From Candidatus Methanomethylicia archaeon (GTDB taxonomy: Archaea; Thermoproteota; Methanomethylicia; CALHIW01), in contig JAWBQF010000011.1 of assembly GCA_038845975.1 (NCBI GenBank), forward strand, positions 1-64,000: a stretch of 64,000 nt of DNA, read 5' to 3'. The notes under the pieces were generated by a model. It was not told the origin of the DNA. It saw only the letters and a list, made by a program, of their open reading frames with translations, and made no database searches. The translations under genes were made by a program, and so were the position numbers. Shown one piece after another: positions 42,784 through 52,865 of the stretch (position 1 is its first letter; each line of letters starts with the position of its first letter).

Positions 42784-43868
42784 TGTCTCTCGGAAAAAAC
42801 TTTACAGTGACATTTTTTGGTGAAAGCCATGGTGAGTGTATAGGTGTAGTTATTTATGGATGTCCAGCAGGCTTAAAGTTTGATGAGGAATTTATAAATC
42901 AGGAACTTAAAAGAAGATCACCCATAGACTACATGATATCTACTAGTAGGGTTGAAGAAGATAGTGTTAAAGTTTTTTCAGGGGTTTTCAACGGTTATAC
43001 AACTGGTGCACCAATATGTATGGCTATATATAATCGCAATGTAGATTCCTCAGTTTATGAGGAGTTAAGATTTAAACCACGTCCAGGCCATGCAGACTAT
43101 CCAGCATACATTAAGTATGCTGGATTTAATGATTTTCGTGGTGGAGGAATTTTCTCAGGTAGGCTAACGGCTGCATATGTTCTTGCAGGAGCAGTAGCTA
43201 AGATGATGTTGAAAATCTTAAACATTGAGGTTATAGCTCATACAGTTGAAATAGCTGGTATTAAGGCTAAACCCCAAGGTATTGAGGAAATAAGAAGAAA
43301 CATACATAGTAATGTTGTTAGATGCGCTGATTTGGATGCTGCATGTTTAATGATTGAAAGAATAAAGAAAGCTATGGAAAACGGTGATAGTGTTGGTGGA
43401 GTTATTGAGTGTATAGCTTTAAATATACCTATCGGACTTGGAGAACCTCCAATCGATACTCTTGATGGTGATATTGCAAAAGCACTTTTTGCTATACCTG
43501 CAGTTAAGGGTGTAGAGTTTGGATTGGGGTTTGACTTTGCAAGAATGTATGGTAGTGAATGTAACGATCAATTCACAGTTTCAAACGGTAAAATTATAAT
43601 GAAAACAAATAATTGTGGTGGGATTCTAGGTGGAATAAGTTGTGGCACGCCGATAGTATGTAGAGCTGTAATTAAGCCAACACCATCAATACATAAACCG
43701 CAGAAAACGGTAGATTTAAGAAGCATGAAGGAAACAATCATAGAAGTTAAGGGTAGACATGATGTATGCATAGTTCCACGAGCTATACCTGTAGTTGAAG
43801 GTATGGTTTCAATAGTTCTTGCCGATCATGCTATTAGATTAGGATTGGTGAAAACCGTATTGAGGTGA
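42783..43868 (+). CDS. aroC: Chorismate synthase
   Basis: FGESHG, PRPGHAD, SGR.TA, KPTPSI, GRHD. Confidence 0.96.
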   Translation: MSLGKNFTVTFFGESHGECIGVVIYGCPAGLKFDEEFINQELKRRSPIDYMISTSRVEEDSVKVFSGVFNGYTTGAPICMAIYNRNVDSSVYEELRFKPRPGHADYPAYIKYAGFNDFRGGGIFSGRLTAAYVLAGAVAKMMLKILNIEVIAHTVEIAGIKAKPQGIEEIRRNIHSNVVRCADLDAACLMIERIKKAMENGDSVGGVIECIALNIPIGLGEPPIDTLDGDIAKALFAIPAVKGVEFGLGFDFARMYGSECNDQFTVSNGKIIMKTNNCGGILGGISCGTPIVCRAVIKPTPSIHKPQKTVDLRSMKETIIEVKGRHDVCIVPRAIPVVEGMVSIVLADHAIRLGLVKTVLR

Positions 43869-43874
43869 CAGTAT

Positions 43875-44150
43875 ATGAATTTAACCAATAAGCTATCCTA
43901 TGAGAGGGCTTTAATAGATAGTATTGATGAGCAAATAGTTAAGCTTCTTGCTAGTAGAGTTCAAGCAGCTAAGAGAATCGCTGAAATTAAGGCTAAGTAT
44001 GGATTAGGAATTTACAATGGTAAGAGGGAAACCGAAGTCCTATTGAGAGTTAGAGAGCTATCTATGACTTATAATTTAAACCCTGATAAAATTGAAGCTA
44101 TTTTTAAAGCTATAATTAGCTATTGTAGGGAAGTTCAGGAGGATATTTAA
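43875..44150 (+). CDS. Chorismate mutase (AroQ type)
   Basis: R..ID.ID..IV.LL..R..K..RE. Confidence 0.9.
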   Translation: MNLTNKLSYERALIDSIDEQIVKLLASRVQAAKRIAEIKAKYGLGIYNGKRETEVLLRVRELSMTYNLNPDKIEAIFKAIISYCREVQEDI

Positions 44151-45235
44151 TGCTATATGAAATCTTTGAAAGAGTCTTAGCTCTTGAAGCTTCAGGTAGG
44201 AAAATTATTAAGATGAATGTGGGGGAGCCTCCTGAAGACATTCATCCTGAAATCCTAGAATGTATGGTTAAAGCTATTAGGGACGGTAAGGTAAAGTATA
44301 CCTCTTCGAAAGGTATGGTTAAATTAAGAAGAGAATTAGCTGCTATTCATGGCGTTGATGAAGATAATATTGTAATAACTCCTGGGTCTAAATGGGGCAT
44401 ATATGCCTCAATACGTGTAATACTTAGAAATAATGATGGTAATGTAATGGTTTTTGCTCCGTTTTGGCCTGCTTACAGTTTAATGGTTACTGATATAGGT
44501 AAATACTTGAAAGTTGTAGATTTAAAGTTTTCAGGTAATAATTGGATACTAGACTTCAATAGGTTAACTGAAAATATAGGTAATGTTAAGCTTCTAATTC
44601 TAAATAGTCCAAATAATCCAACAAGTACTATGATTAAATATGATGAGTTAAAGAAACTTGTTAAGCTTCTAGATGAATTTAATATTACTGCAATATCTGA
44701 TGAAGCATATATTGATTTAAGCTTTATAGAAGCTAAAAGTCTAATAGATTTAACTAGTGAATGTATTGTCGTAAGAAGTTTTTCAAAGCTTTTCTCTATG
44801 ACTGGACTAAGAATAGGCTATGTAATAGCTAGTAAAGAAGTTGCTAGTGCTATTGCTAACTATAATAGTGCAACCATAACATGTGTTCCTGAATTCATTC
44901 AGGAAGCTGCTTTGAAAGCTCTTGAGTTAAGAAATGAAATAGCTAAGTACATGGTTGATAAGTACCGTGTAAGAGCTGAAATTGCCTATAAAATTCTTAC
45001 TGAAGCTGGATTTAAAGTAGCTAAGCCTGAAGCTGGATTCTATATATTCCCTAAAATAAACATAGACTCTAATGCTTTCTTCTTAAAACTCTTAGAGAGT
45101 GAGGGTATTGCTGTTACTCCAGGATCAGCTTTCGGTAATTTCAACGATTTTATTAGGATATCGCTAACTGTTGACAATCAATTTCTTACTAATAGTTTAA
45201 ATAGGTTAGTGAGGTGCTATGAATATTTTAAATAG
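44150..45235 (+). CDS. Class I/II PLP aminotransferase (aromatic)
   Basis: NSPNNPT, DEAY, SFSKLFSMTGLRIG. Confidence 0.92.
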   Translation: MLYEIFERVLALEASGRKIIKMNVGEPPEDIHPEILECMVKAIRDGKVKYTSSKGMVKLRRELAAIHGVDEDNIVITPGSKWGIYASIRVILRNNDGNVMVFAPFWPAYSLMVTDIGKYLKVVDLKFSGNNWILDFNRLTENIGNVKLLILNSPNNPTSTMIKYDELKKLVKLLDEFNITAISDEAYIDLSFIEAKSLIDLTSECIVVRSFSKLFSMTGLRIGYVIASKEVASAIANYNSATITCVPEFIQEAALKALELRNEIAKYMVDKYRVRAEIAYKILTEAGFKVAKPEAGFYIFPKINIDSNAFFLKLLESEGIAVTPGSAFGNFNDFIRISLTVDNQFLTNSLNRLVRCYEYFK

Positions 45236-46103
45236 AAACATTTTGATAATAGGTGGAGCAGGTAAAATGGGTTTATGGTTTTCAAGGTTCTTCCTTAATT
45301 GTGGCTTTAATGTATCAATATACGATATAGATGTTAAAGCAGCTAGAAACGCTCAGAGAAAACTTAACTTGAGGATTTATGAAAATATTGGGAAAGCTAT
45401 TGAGGATAACAATTTAATTGTTATTTCAGTTCCTATGGAAGCTCTTAAAGATGTCTTTACATCTATTTCACATCACATTCACAATAACCATATAATCATA
45501 GATATATCATCAGTTAAAGTCTATTCAGTTAAGTTAATGCATGAATATGTTAAGCAGGGCTTTAAGATAGGTGTTCATCCAATGTTTGGTCCTGGTGCAA
45601 GAACAATTAGCGGTAAGACAATAATATTTACTCCCATAAACATAGATGATTTTGAACCATCATGGAGTATAGCAAAAATTTTTGTAGATAAAGGTGCTAA
45701 GGCTGTTTTTATGACTCCTGAAGAACATGATAAGTACATATCAGTAATACTAACATTTCCATTTGTTATTAGTATATCAGTAATGGATGTAATTAATAAT
45801 CTTAACTTTGATGATGTAGTAATAAATGAAATATCAAGTCCATCATTTAAGCTCCTACATACATTGTGTAAGGCAATTATAGGTAATGATCCTAAACTAT
45901 ACACATCAATAATAAAATATTCATCAAAAGATGCAATTAAATACTTCTCTAAAATTCTAAACGATATCGCGAACATGGATGAATTAAGTCTTAAAGACTA
46001 TGCTGTTAAGCTAAAAAGTAGATTGAATTTTACAGATCTTCTAGAAGCATATAACCTCATGTATGATTTCTCTGAATTAAAGCAACAATCATATAGACAC
46101 TAG
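45219..46103 (+). CDS. tyrA: Prephenate/arogenate dehydrogenase
   Basis: GGAGKMG, DISSVK, HPMFGP, EEHD. Confidence 0.92.
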   Translation: MNILNRNILIIGGAGKMGLWFSRFFLNCGFNVSIYDIDVKAARNAQRKLNLRIYENIGKAIEDNNLIVISVPMEALKDVFTSISHHIHNNHIIIDISSVKVYSVKLMHEYVKQGFKIGVHPMFGPGARTISGKTIIFTPINIDDFEPSWSIAKIFVDKGAKAVFMTPEEHDKYISVILTFPFVISISVMDVINNLNFDDVVINEISSPSFKLLHTLCKAIIGNDPKLYTSIIKYSSKDAIKYFSKILNDIANMDELSLKDYAVKLKSRLNFTDLLEAYNLMYDFSELKQQSYRH

Positions 46104-46109
46104 TTAATA

Positions 46110-46407
46110 GTAAATAGCTTAGGAGAAATCAACTAAACATTAGTAAAGCAACTAAGTCAACACTAGAAATTAACATATAAGATAAATGGTTCTTCACATG
46201 AGGATGAAATCTCTTCTATCTCTTATATACAGTACATATTCTCAACTTAAAATATTAGCAATTAATAAATCTAGAAAATTATTCCTGAATTCATTGTAAA
46301 CTGGTTAGCTTAAAGTTAAACCATTTAGATATGTTATAGATGTAAGTATATTCACAACATCACATAAATAAGGGAGGATCCCAAATAAAGCTAAGGTTAA
46401 CAAAGCC
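46110..46407. mobile_element. Partial IS6-like remnant (left limit approximate)
   Basis: Terminal AGGTTAACAAAGCC matches the TIR ending at 21707. Confidence 0.45.
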
Positions 46408-46444
46408 TTAATTAACTCAGTAAAGCTTAAATAAATCCCCTTTA

Positions 46445-46861
46445 ATGTGGCTTATGGTTCATATTAATAATTATGAGGTTATTGATGGACTATACTATTC
46501 TGAAAATCATGTATGGGTTAAGATTGAAAATAACACTGTTGTAATTGGTATTACAGATTATGGGCAAAAGAATTTGAAGGAAATAGTTAATGTAAAACTT
46601 CCTGATTTAGGTGTGTCTATTAATCAGGGTGATGTTTTGGGAAGTTTAGAAACTGCTAAGGCAGTTATTGATGTAATAGCTCCTTTAAGTGGAATAGTTA
46701 GGGAAGTCAATGAAAACGTTATAAGCAATCCATCTATAATTAATGAGGATCCATATGGGAAGGGATGGCTTATTAGAATTGTACCATCAAATCTACATGA
46801 AGAATTATTAAAACTAATGGATTTCAGTAAAGCTATTAAGTGGTACAAAACATTAACGTAG
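46445..46861 (+). CDS. gcvH: Glycine cleavage H-like lipoyl carrier
   Basis: YSENHVW, IGITDYGQ, LETAKA (lipoyl Lys), APLSG, INEDPYGKGW. Confidence 0.92.
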   Translation: MWLMVHINNYEVIDGLYYSENHVWVKIENNTVVIGITDYGQKNLKEIVNVKLPDLGVSINQGDVLGSLETAKAVIDVIAPLSGIVREVNENVISNPSIINEDPYGKGWLIRIVPSNLHEELLKLMDFSKAIKWYKTLT

Positions 46862-46868
46862 AGTCATC

Positions 46869-48218
46869 ATGTCTAAAAGTATAATTATCATTGGTTGTGG
46901 AGCTGCTGGTCTTAGTGCTGCTTTAAGCGCTAGGAAAACTGATAGGAATGTTAATATAACAATAATAGATCAAGAAGAATATCCTGCTTACTCAAGATGT
47001 GCTTTACCATTTGTTATTGGAGGTGAAATTAATGATTTTAATAGTTTGCTAACGTTTTCTCCATCAATGTATAAAATGATGAAAATAGATTTGAGATTGA
47101 GAAGTAAAGTTATAGATGTAGATCCTAAGTCTAGAACCATTGTATATATTAATTACCAAGGCAGAGAGGAAACTTTACAGTATGATTCATTAATACTTGC
47201 TACAGGTGCTTCGCCTATGATCCCATCAATAAGTGGTGTTAATAAGCGTGGCGTATATGTTTTGAGAACTATAAATGATTGTAAGGCTATTGTTGAAGCA
47301 TTACCTAATTCAAGAAATGCTATTGTTATTGGTGCTGGATTGATAGGGCTTGAAACTGCTGATGCTCTATATAGGAGGGGATTAAATGTAACTATTATCG
47401 AAATTCTTCCATCAATAATAAGAACTAATCTAGATGAAGACATGGCTGAAATTGTTAAGTCAAATATTGAGGGAAAGGGTGTAAGGATACTTGTTAATAG
47501 GCATGTTGACGAAATTACTGGAAGTAATCGTGTTGATGGTGTTATATCCAATGGTGAAAGACTTAAGGCTGACATAGTAGTTTTAGCAACAGGTATAAAA
47601 GCTAATATTGAGCTTGCTAATCGAATCGGTATTCAAATAGGTATTACTGGTGCTATTAAGGTTAATTCTAGAATGGAGACAACAGTAAAGGATATTTACG
47701 CTGTTGGAGATTGTGTTGAATCAAACCATATGGTTACTGGTCAAGCTATTCTCAGCCAGTTAGGTACGACAGCTGTAAAGCAGGGAAGAGTTGCTGGAAT
47801 TAATGCTGCGGGTGGATATGCTGTTTTTCCAGGTGTTTTAAATTCAGTGGTTTCAAGAATATTTAATCTTGAAGTAGGTGTTACCGGTTTAAATATGCTT
47901 CAGGCTGAAAAGTATGGATTTAAAGTGCTTACCGGATCTATATCGTGGAAAACAAGAGCTGAATATTATCCTGAAGCTAAAAGTATTAGGGTTAAGCTTT
48001 TATTTGAAAGAGGGTCTTTGAAAATTATAGGAGGACAAATAGTTGGCGGTGAATTTGTTGCTCCACGTATAGATTCTCTTGCATTAGCTATACAGGCTGG
48101 AATGACTGTTTTTGATATTATAAATTCAGATACATGTTATTCACCTCCACTTGCTAATACATGGAGTCCAATAACATTAGCTGCTGAAGCAGCCTTAAGC
48201 AGGATTAGAGTTACTTAG
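46869..48218 (+). CDS. NADH oxidase/CoA-disulfide-reductase-family flavoprotein
   Basis: GCGAAG, YSRCALP single Cys, ATG, GAGLIGLE, GDC, YYP, YSPP. Confidence 0.9.
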   Translation: MSKSIIIIGCGAAGLSAALSARKTDRNVNITIIDQEEYPAYSRCALPFVIGGEINDFNSLLTFSPSMYKMMKIDLRLRSKVIDVDPKSRTIVYINYQGREETLQYDSLILATGASPMIPSISGVNKRGVYVLRTINDCKAIVEALPNSRNAIVIGAGLIGLETADALYRRGLNVTIIEILPSIIRTNLDEDMAEIVKSNIEGKGVRILVNRHVDEITGSNRVDGVISNGERLKADIVVLATGIKANIELANRIGIQIGITGAIKVNSRMETTVKDIYAVGDCVESNHMVTGQAILSQLGTTAVKQGRVAGINAAGGYAVFPGVLNSVVSRIFNLEVGVTGLNMLQAEKYGFKVLTGSISWKTRAEYYPEAKSIRVKLLFERGSLKIIGGQIVGGEFVAPRIDSLALAIQAGMTVFDIINSDTCYSPPLANTWSPITLAAEAALSRIRVT

Positions 48219-48221
48219 TTT

Positions 48222-48281
48222 TGAATTGTGAACTTAAGCCATCAGCTACATGTACTTCTCATATATAAAGTTAACAGAGCT
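48222..48281. mobile_element. ~60-bp mini-MITE, copy D
   Basis: Perfect 8-bp TSD CTTAGTTT (48214-48221 and 48282-48289); end TAAAGTTAACAGAGC matches an IS6 TIR. Confidence 0.88.
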
Positions 48282-48335
48282 CTTAGTTTGCAAGTAAACT
48301 TTATATACTTCTCTATTCATGAGGATTCGATAATC

Positions 48336-50276
48336 ATGATTGCTCAACGTGAACACTTCATAATGGTTCCTGAATGGGCTATTTTAGTTCTCTATATTTC
48401 AATAATACTTTCACTAATATTTACCATGTACGGTATTTACCATAAGTTTTCTATATATGGAATTCGTAATTTCAACTTTCTATCTACATTACGTAGAAAA
48501 ACAGGTTTTATATTACAGTCAGAGCTTCGTCTTCTAAGGGAAAGATATGGAGGATTAATGCATACATTAATTGTAGCAGGTTTAGTAGTACTTGCTATTG
48601 GAACGTTTCTAGTATTTTTCGAGTACGACATACTAATGAAGATAAATCCTAACTATCGCATACTTACTGGAAGTATATATTTAGCCTATGAGTTTATATT
48701 GGATTTAGCTGGACTTCTATTAATTATAGGCTTAGTTATGGCGATAACTAGAAGAACTATTTTCAAGCCAAGTAGGCTTGAAAATAGAGTTGAAGATATA
48801 GTAGTACTTCTCCTACTACTTTATGGTGGTTTAAGCGGGTTTATATTGGAAGGCTTAAGAATAGCTGCTAAAGGTTTACAGTATAATCAGCTATCATTTA
48901 TAGGTTATATTTTATCCATAGCATTCCTAAATATAAATGGTATTGCAGAGATGTATTTAGCTATTTGGATTAGTCATGCTATAACATTAGCAGTAACCTT
49001 ACCGTTATTCATCTACAGTAAATTAAGACATTTCCCTCTTTTCTTTATAAGTCCTCCATATAGTGTATATGAGTTTAAACCATCATTTAGCCTAAATGAG
49101 GTATTAAAAAGTAAAAAAATAGATTTTAAAGTAGGTTTAGAAAGCATTGATGCTTTAAACTGGGGTCAACGTGTAAATATAGATGCATGTGTAAACTGTG
49201 GTAGATGTCGAGATGTCTGTCCAGCTTACCGAGCAAATAAAATTTTATCACCGAAAGCAGTTATTCAAAAGCTTAGAGAGTTCATGGCTAAAAATATTTG
49301 TAATGCAATTACAGATTCAGCTTTACATGAAAATGAAATATGGGCTTGTACAACATGTGGTGAATGTGTTGTTACATGTCCAATATTTATTAATCCATTA
49401 AACTATATTCTTGAATCACGCCGCTACTTGGTAACAAATTTAGGAAAGGTACCTACAAATGCTTTATTTAACATAATGGTAAGAGGTAATCCATATGGCT
49501 TACCACGTTCTGATAGGAGAAATTGGATGAAAGATTTAAATGTTAGTTATGCTAAGGAAGGTGAGGAAGTTGAAGTTATACTGTGGGTTGGATGTGCTGG
49601 AGCCTACGATTCTAGAGCTCAAAAAATAGCAAAGTCTCTAGTATCCTTACTAAATAAGCTAAATATAAAGTTTGCAGTATTAAGGGAGGAAGAGTGTTGT
49701 GGTGAACTTGCCCGAAGACTTGGAGATGAAATATTGTTTCAGGAAATTGTAGGGAGAAATATTGAAATATTTAGAAAGTATAAATTTAAGCAGATAGTAA
49801 CACTATGTCCACATTGCTATAATACGTTTAGAAATGATTATTCAGATTTTAATATAAAGCTCAATGTTAAATCTCATGTTGAGTTAATATATGACCTAAT
49901 AGCAAATGGTAGAATTAAAACTTTCTCCCCTCTTAATAAGACTATAGTCTATCATGATCCATGCTATCTAAGAAACTATAATGGAGTACTTGTAGAGCCT
50001 AGGAAAATAATAAAATCCATTCCTGAATTAAAGATCGTAGAAACTAGTAAACATTTCTGCTGTGGTGGTGGAGGTGGCGGTAACTGGATTGAATCAGAGG
50101 GGGTTAGAATTAATGTTCAAAGACTTGAAGATATTGCTATGAAAAATCCAGACGTAATAGCTACAGCATGTCCCTACTGTGTAAGTATGTTTGAGGATGC
50201 ATTGAAGTTTAAAGATCTTGAAGGTAAATTTGAAGTTAAGGATTTATGTGAAATTGTATGTGGTGTATTAAGGTGA
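48336..50276 (+). CDS. Membrane Fe-S oxidoreductase (NarI-like TM domain, 2x[4Fe-4S], two CCG domains; FadF/ETF:quinone-oxidoreductase-like)
   Basis: TM helices with His; CVNCGRCRDVCP, CTTCGECVVTCP, ECCG, CPHC, HDPC, FCCGGGGG, ACPYC; start moved to ATG 48336 (TATA at 48300). Confidence 0.9.
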   Translation: MIAQREHFIMVPEWAILVLYISIILSLIFTMYGIYHKFSIYGIRNFNFLSTLRRKTGFILQSELRLLRERYGGLMHTLIVAGLVVLAIGTFLVFFEYDILMKINPNYRILTGSIYLAYEFILDLAGLLLIIGLVMAITRRTIFKPSRLENRVEDIVVLLLLLYGGLSGFILEGLRIAAKGLQYNQLSFIGYILSIAFLNINGIAEMYLAIWISHAITLAVTLPLFIYSKLRHFPLFFISPPYSVYEFKPSFSLNEVLKSKKIDFKVGLESIDALNWGQRVNIDACVNCGRCRDVCPAYRANKILSPKAVIQKLREFMAKNICNAITDSALHENEIWACTTCGECVVTCPIFINPLNYILESRRYLVTNLGKVPTNALFNIMVRGNPYGLPRSDRRNWMKDLNVSYAKEGEEVEVILWVGCAGAYDSRAQKIAKSLVSLLNKLNIKFAVLREEECCGELARRLGDEILFQEIVGRNIEIFRKYKFKQIVTLCPHCYNTFRNDYSDFNIKLNVKSHVELIYDLIANGRIKTFSPLNKTIVYHDPCYLRNYNGVLVEPRKIIKSIPELKIVETSKHFCCGGGGGGNWIESEGVRINVQRLEDIAMKNPDVIATACPYCVSMFEDALKFKDLEGKFEVKDLCEIVCGVLR

Positions 50277-50280
50277 TTTC

Positions 50281-51084
50281 ATGTTAAATATGATTGTAGG
50301 GATTAAATGGGTTCCTGATACTGCTGATGTAAAATTCGATCCTGTTAAAGGCACCCTAATAAGAGAAGGTGTTGAAAGTATAATCAATCCCCCAGATCTA
50401 AATGCTATTGAGTTAGCTTTAAGCATTAAGGAGAAATATGGTGGTAAAGTCTACGTTATCTCAATGTCTCCTCCTGCAGCTTTAAAGGGTCTTAAAATGG
50501 CTATAGCTATGGGAGCTGATAAAGCAATACTATTAACAGATAGAAGATTTGCAGGTGCAGATACGCTTGCAACATCTTATACCTTAGCCATGGCTATACG
50601 TAAAATTGGTAGCTACGATATAATAATATTTGGAGAGGAAACAATTGATAGCGCAACTGGACATATAGGACCCGAAGTCGGAGAGATTTTAGGTATTTCT
50701 CATATATCATATATTAAAAGAATTTTAAATATAGATTTAACGAGTAAGATTATTGAGCTTGAAAGAGAGGTTGAAGATGGTGTTGAAGTATATAGATCTA
50801 AACTTCCTATAGTAGTATCTGTTGGTGTTGGAATTAATAGCCCAAGGTATCCTATACCAATTAGGAGATTATATACAGAAGTAGAGACTGAGAAATATAT
50901 TGAGATTTGGGATTTAAACAATATTGAAGCAGACCCAAATAAAATTGGACTTCAAGGCTCTCCAACTAGGGTTATTAAAATAGTTGCTGCTCCAATGGTT
51001 CAGAGGAGAATGGAGATATTTCAATATTCAAGTGAAGTATTAAACCTACTAATTAAGAGACTAAAAGAGTGTGAAATTTTGTAA
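50281..51084 (+). CDS. etfB: Electron transfer flavoprotein beta subunit
   Basis: KWVPD, TLIREGVESIINPPD, FAGADTLATS, GSPT. Confidence 0.95.
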   Translation: MLNMIVGIKWVPDTADVKFDPVKGTLIREGVESIINPPDLNAIELALSIKEKYGGKVYVISMSPPAALKGLKMAIAMGADKAILLTDRRFAGADTLATSYTLAMAIRKIGSYDIIIFGEETIDSATGHIGPEVGEILGISHISYIKRILNIDLTSKIIELEREVEDGVEVYRSKLPIVVSVGVGINSPRYPIPIRRLYTEVETEKYIEIWDLNNIEADPNKIGLQGSPTRVIKIVAAPMVQRRMEIFQYSSEVLNLLIKRLKECEIL

Positions 51085-51093
51085 GGTGATTCT

Positions 51094-52080
51094 ATGGTTG
51101 AGTTTAGTGGAGTGTGTGTATATATTGAACAGAGAAGAGGAATTATACAGGAAGCTTCACTACAACTTTTAGGTGAAGGTAGAAGGTTAGCTGACAAACT
51201 AAATGTTAACCTAGTAGCTTTTATGATTGGCTATAATATTAATGACATCATTAATGAACCAATATGTTATGGTGCAGATAGAGTAGTATACGTTGATGAT
51301 GAAGTGTATAAACACTACAATGTAGAAGCTTATACTAAGGTTTTAGTTGAACTATTATTAAAATATAAGCCTGAAATATTTCTTGTAGCAGGTACAAAGT
51401 ATGGTAGAGAGCTAGCTCCTAGTATTGCTGCTTGTCTTGAAACCGGTATAACAGCTGACTGTACAGGCTTTGATGTGGATGAAAGTAGAAATCTGGTACA
51501 GATAAGACCACCATTTGGTGGACGTGTACTTGCTTATATAATAACCCCAATGAAGCGCCCACAAATAGCGACAGCAAGACCTAATGTTTTCCCAACACCT
51601 AAACGTAATACCTATAGGAAAGGTGAAGTAATACGTGAAAATATAGCTATAGGGAAACCTAGACTTGAGCTTGTAGAGTTTAAGGAAAGTGGTGATGAGG
51701 AGTTACCTATTGAGAAGGCTGAAGTAATTGTTGCTATTGGTCGTGGCTTTAGTAAATCTGATTATCATCTAGTTTATGAACTATGTAAAGCATTTCCTAA
51801 TAGTACTATTGGATGTTCAAGACCTCTTGTAGATCAAGGTTTAATGCCTAGATCAAAGCAAATAGGACAAACAGGTAAGACAGTTAGACCAAAGCTATAC
51901 ATCGCTATAGGCATTTCAGGCGCTGTACAACATATAGCAGGTATGAAGGATTCTAGATATGTTATTGCAATAAATAAGGATCCTAATGCTGAAATATTTA
52001 AGTTCTGTGATTTCGGCGTAATTGGAGACTATAAGGAAGTAATACCTAAATTAATTGAAGCATTAAAAAGTAAACATTAG
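51094..52080 (+). CDS. etfA: Electron transfer flavoprotein alpha subunit
   Basis: TGITADCT, QIGQTGKTVRPKLYIAIGISGAVQH, INKD. Confidence 0.95.
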   Translation: MVEFSGVCVYIEQRRGIIQEASLQLLGEGRRLADKLNVNLVAFMIGYNINDIINEPICYGADRVVYVDDEVYKHYNVEAYTKVLVELLLKYKPEIFLVAGTKYGRELAPSIAACLETGITADCTGFDVDESRNLVQIRPPFGGRVLAYIITPMKRPQIATARPNVFPTPKRNTYRKGEVIRENIAIGKPRLELVEFKESGDEELPIEKAEVIVAIGRGFSKSDYHLVYELCKAFPNSTIGCSRPLVDQGLMPRSKQIGQTGKTVRPKLYIAIGISGAVQHIAGMKDSRYVIAINKDPNAEIFKFCDFGVIGDYKEVIPKLIEALKSKH

Positions 52081-52085
52081 CATTT

Positions 52086-52865
52086 CTAGTTTTCTACTAA
52101 TAAGTTCTCCAGTTCTTTACGTATCTTTAATACTTCATTAGAGTTAAGGTCTAAGCTTTCTATAGCGAATTTTCTTCTTCTAACTACTATATTTTTACCT
52201 GTTACTTTATTTATAGCATTTTTTAGAATTGTTTGTTTAAAGATTACTGTTCCACACCTTTGCCATTTAGGTTTATCATTGATGTTTACTCCATTCTTAA
52301 ACAGTAACTCTATGATTTGGCCTGCTTTTAACCCTATGCATTGCTTTCTACCTATAATGTTTTGAGCATAAGTATTTATGAAGTTTCTAAAACAGTCTGA
52401 AGCTCTCCATTTAAGATATTCAATAATATCCTCTAACCCGTAAACCTTAACTATTCTAGCATCAAAAGCTATGATTCCACTATAGCTTCTAGCTTTATTA
52501 AATATTCTCTGAAATGATGATGTTGTAAACGCTGATAGTAGTGAAACTATTTTTTCAACTCTTCCATTATGTGGTAGATGTACATCCTTAAGTATTAGAT
52601 AGGAGATTTCATCAGAATATGTATATGCAAGAGATATGTGGAAGCCTGAATTTTTAATAACGTTAAAAGCTGTTTCAACCATTATATTGTGTAATTCCTC
52701 ATCAAATGGTTTTTTGAAACCATACTCATCGGTTAACTTATGGAATCCATTTCCATCAACTCTTATAAAGATAGGTGCTCTAACACTTAGCCTACTATAA
52801 ACCTCCCTTAACCTAAATTTTTCATCAACTAATAATGGCAAGCTCTCCAATAGCCTCTCCGGCAA
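52086..52865 (-). CDS. thg1: tRNA(His) guanylyltransferase/Thg1-like 3'-5' polymerase
   Basis: RVDGNGFH, KPFD, SDEIS, GRVEK, FDAR, WR..D. Confidence 0.92.
   Translation of the reverse strand: MPERLLESLPLLVDEKFRLREVYSRLSVRAPIFIRVDGNGFHKLTDEYGFKKPFDEELHNIMVETAFNVIKNSGFHISLAYTYSDEISYLILKDVHLPHNGRVEKIVSLLSAFTTSSFQRIFNKARSYSGIIAFDARIVKVYGLEDIIEYLKWRASDCFRNFINTYAQNIIGRKQCIGLKAGQIIELLFKNGVNINDKPKWQRCGTVIFKQTILKNAINKVTGKNIVVRRRKFAIESLDLNSNEVLKIRKELENLLVEN

Noticed and set aside
48228-48335. N-terminal extension of the Fe-S oxidoreductase in the ORF track
   Set aside because: The GTG lies inside the mini-MITE; TATA at 48300 supports ATG 48336
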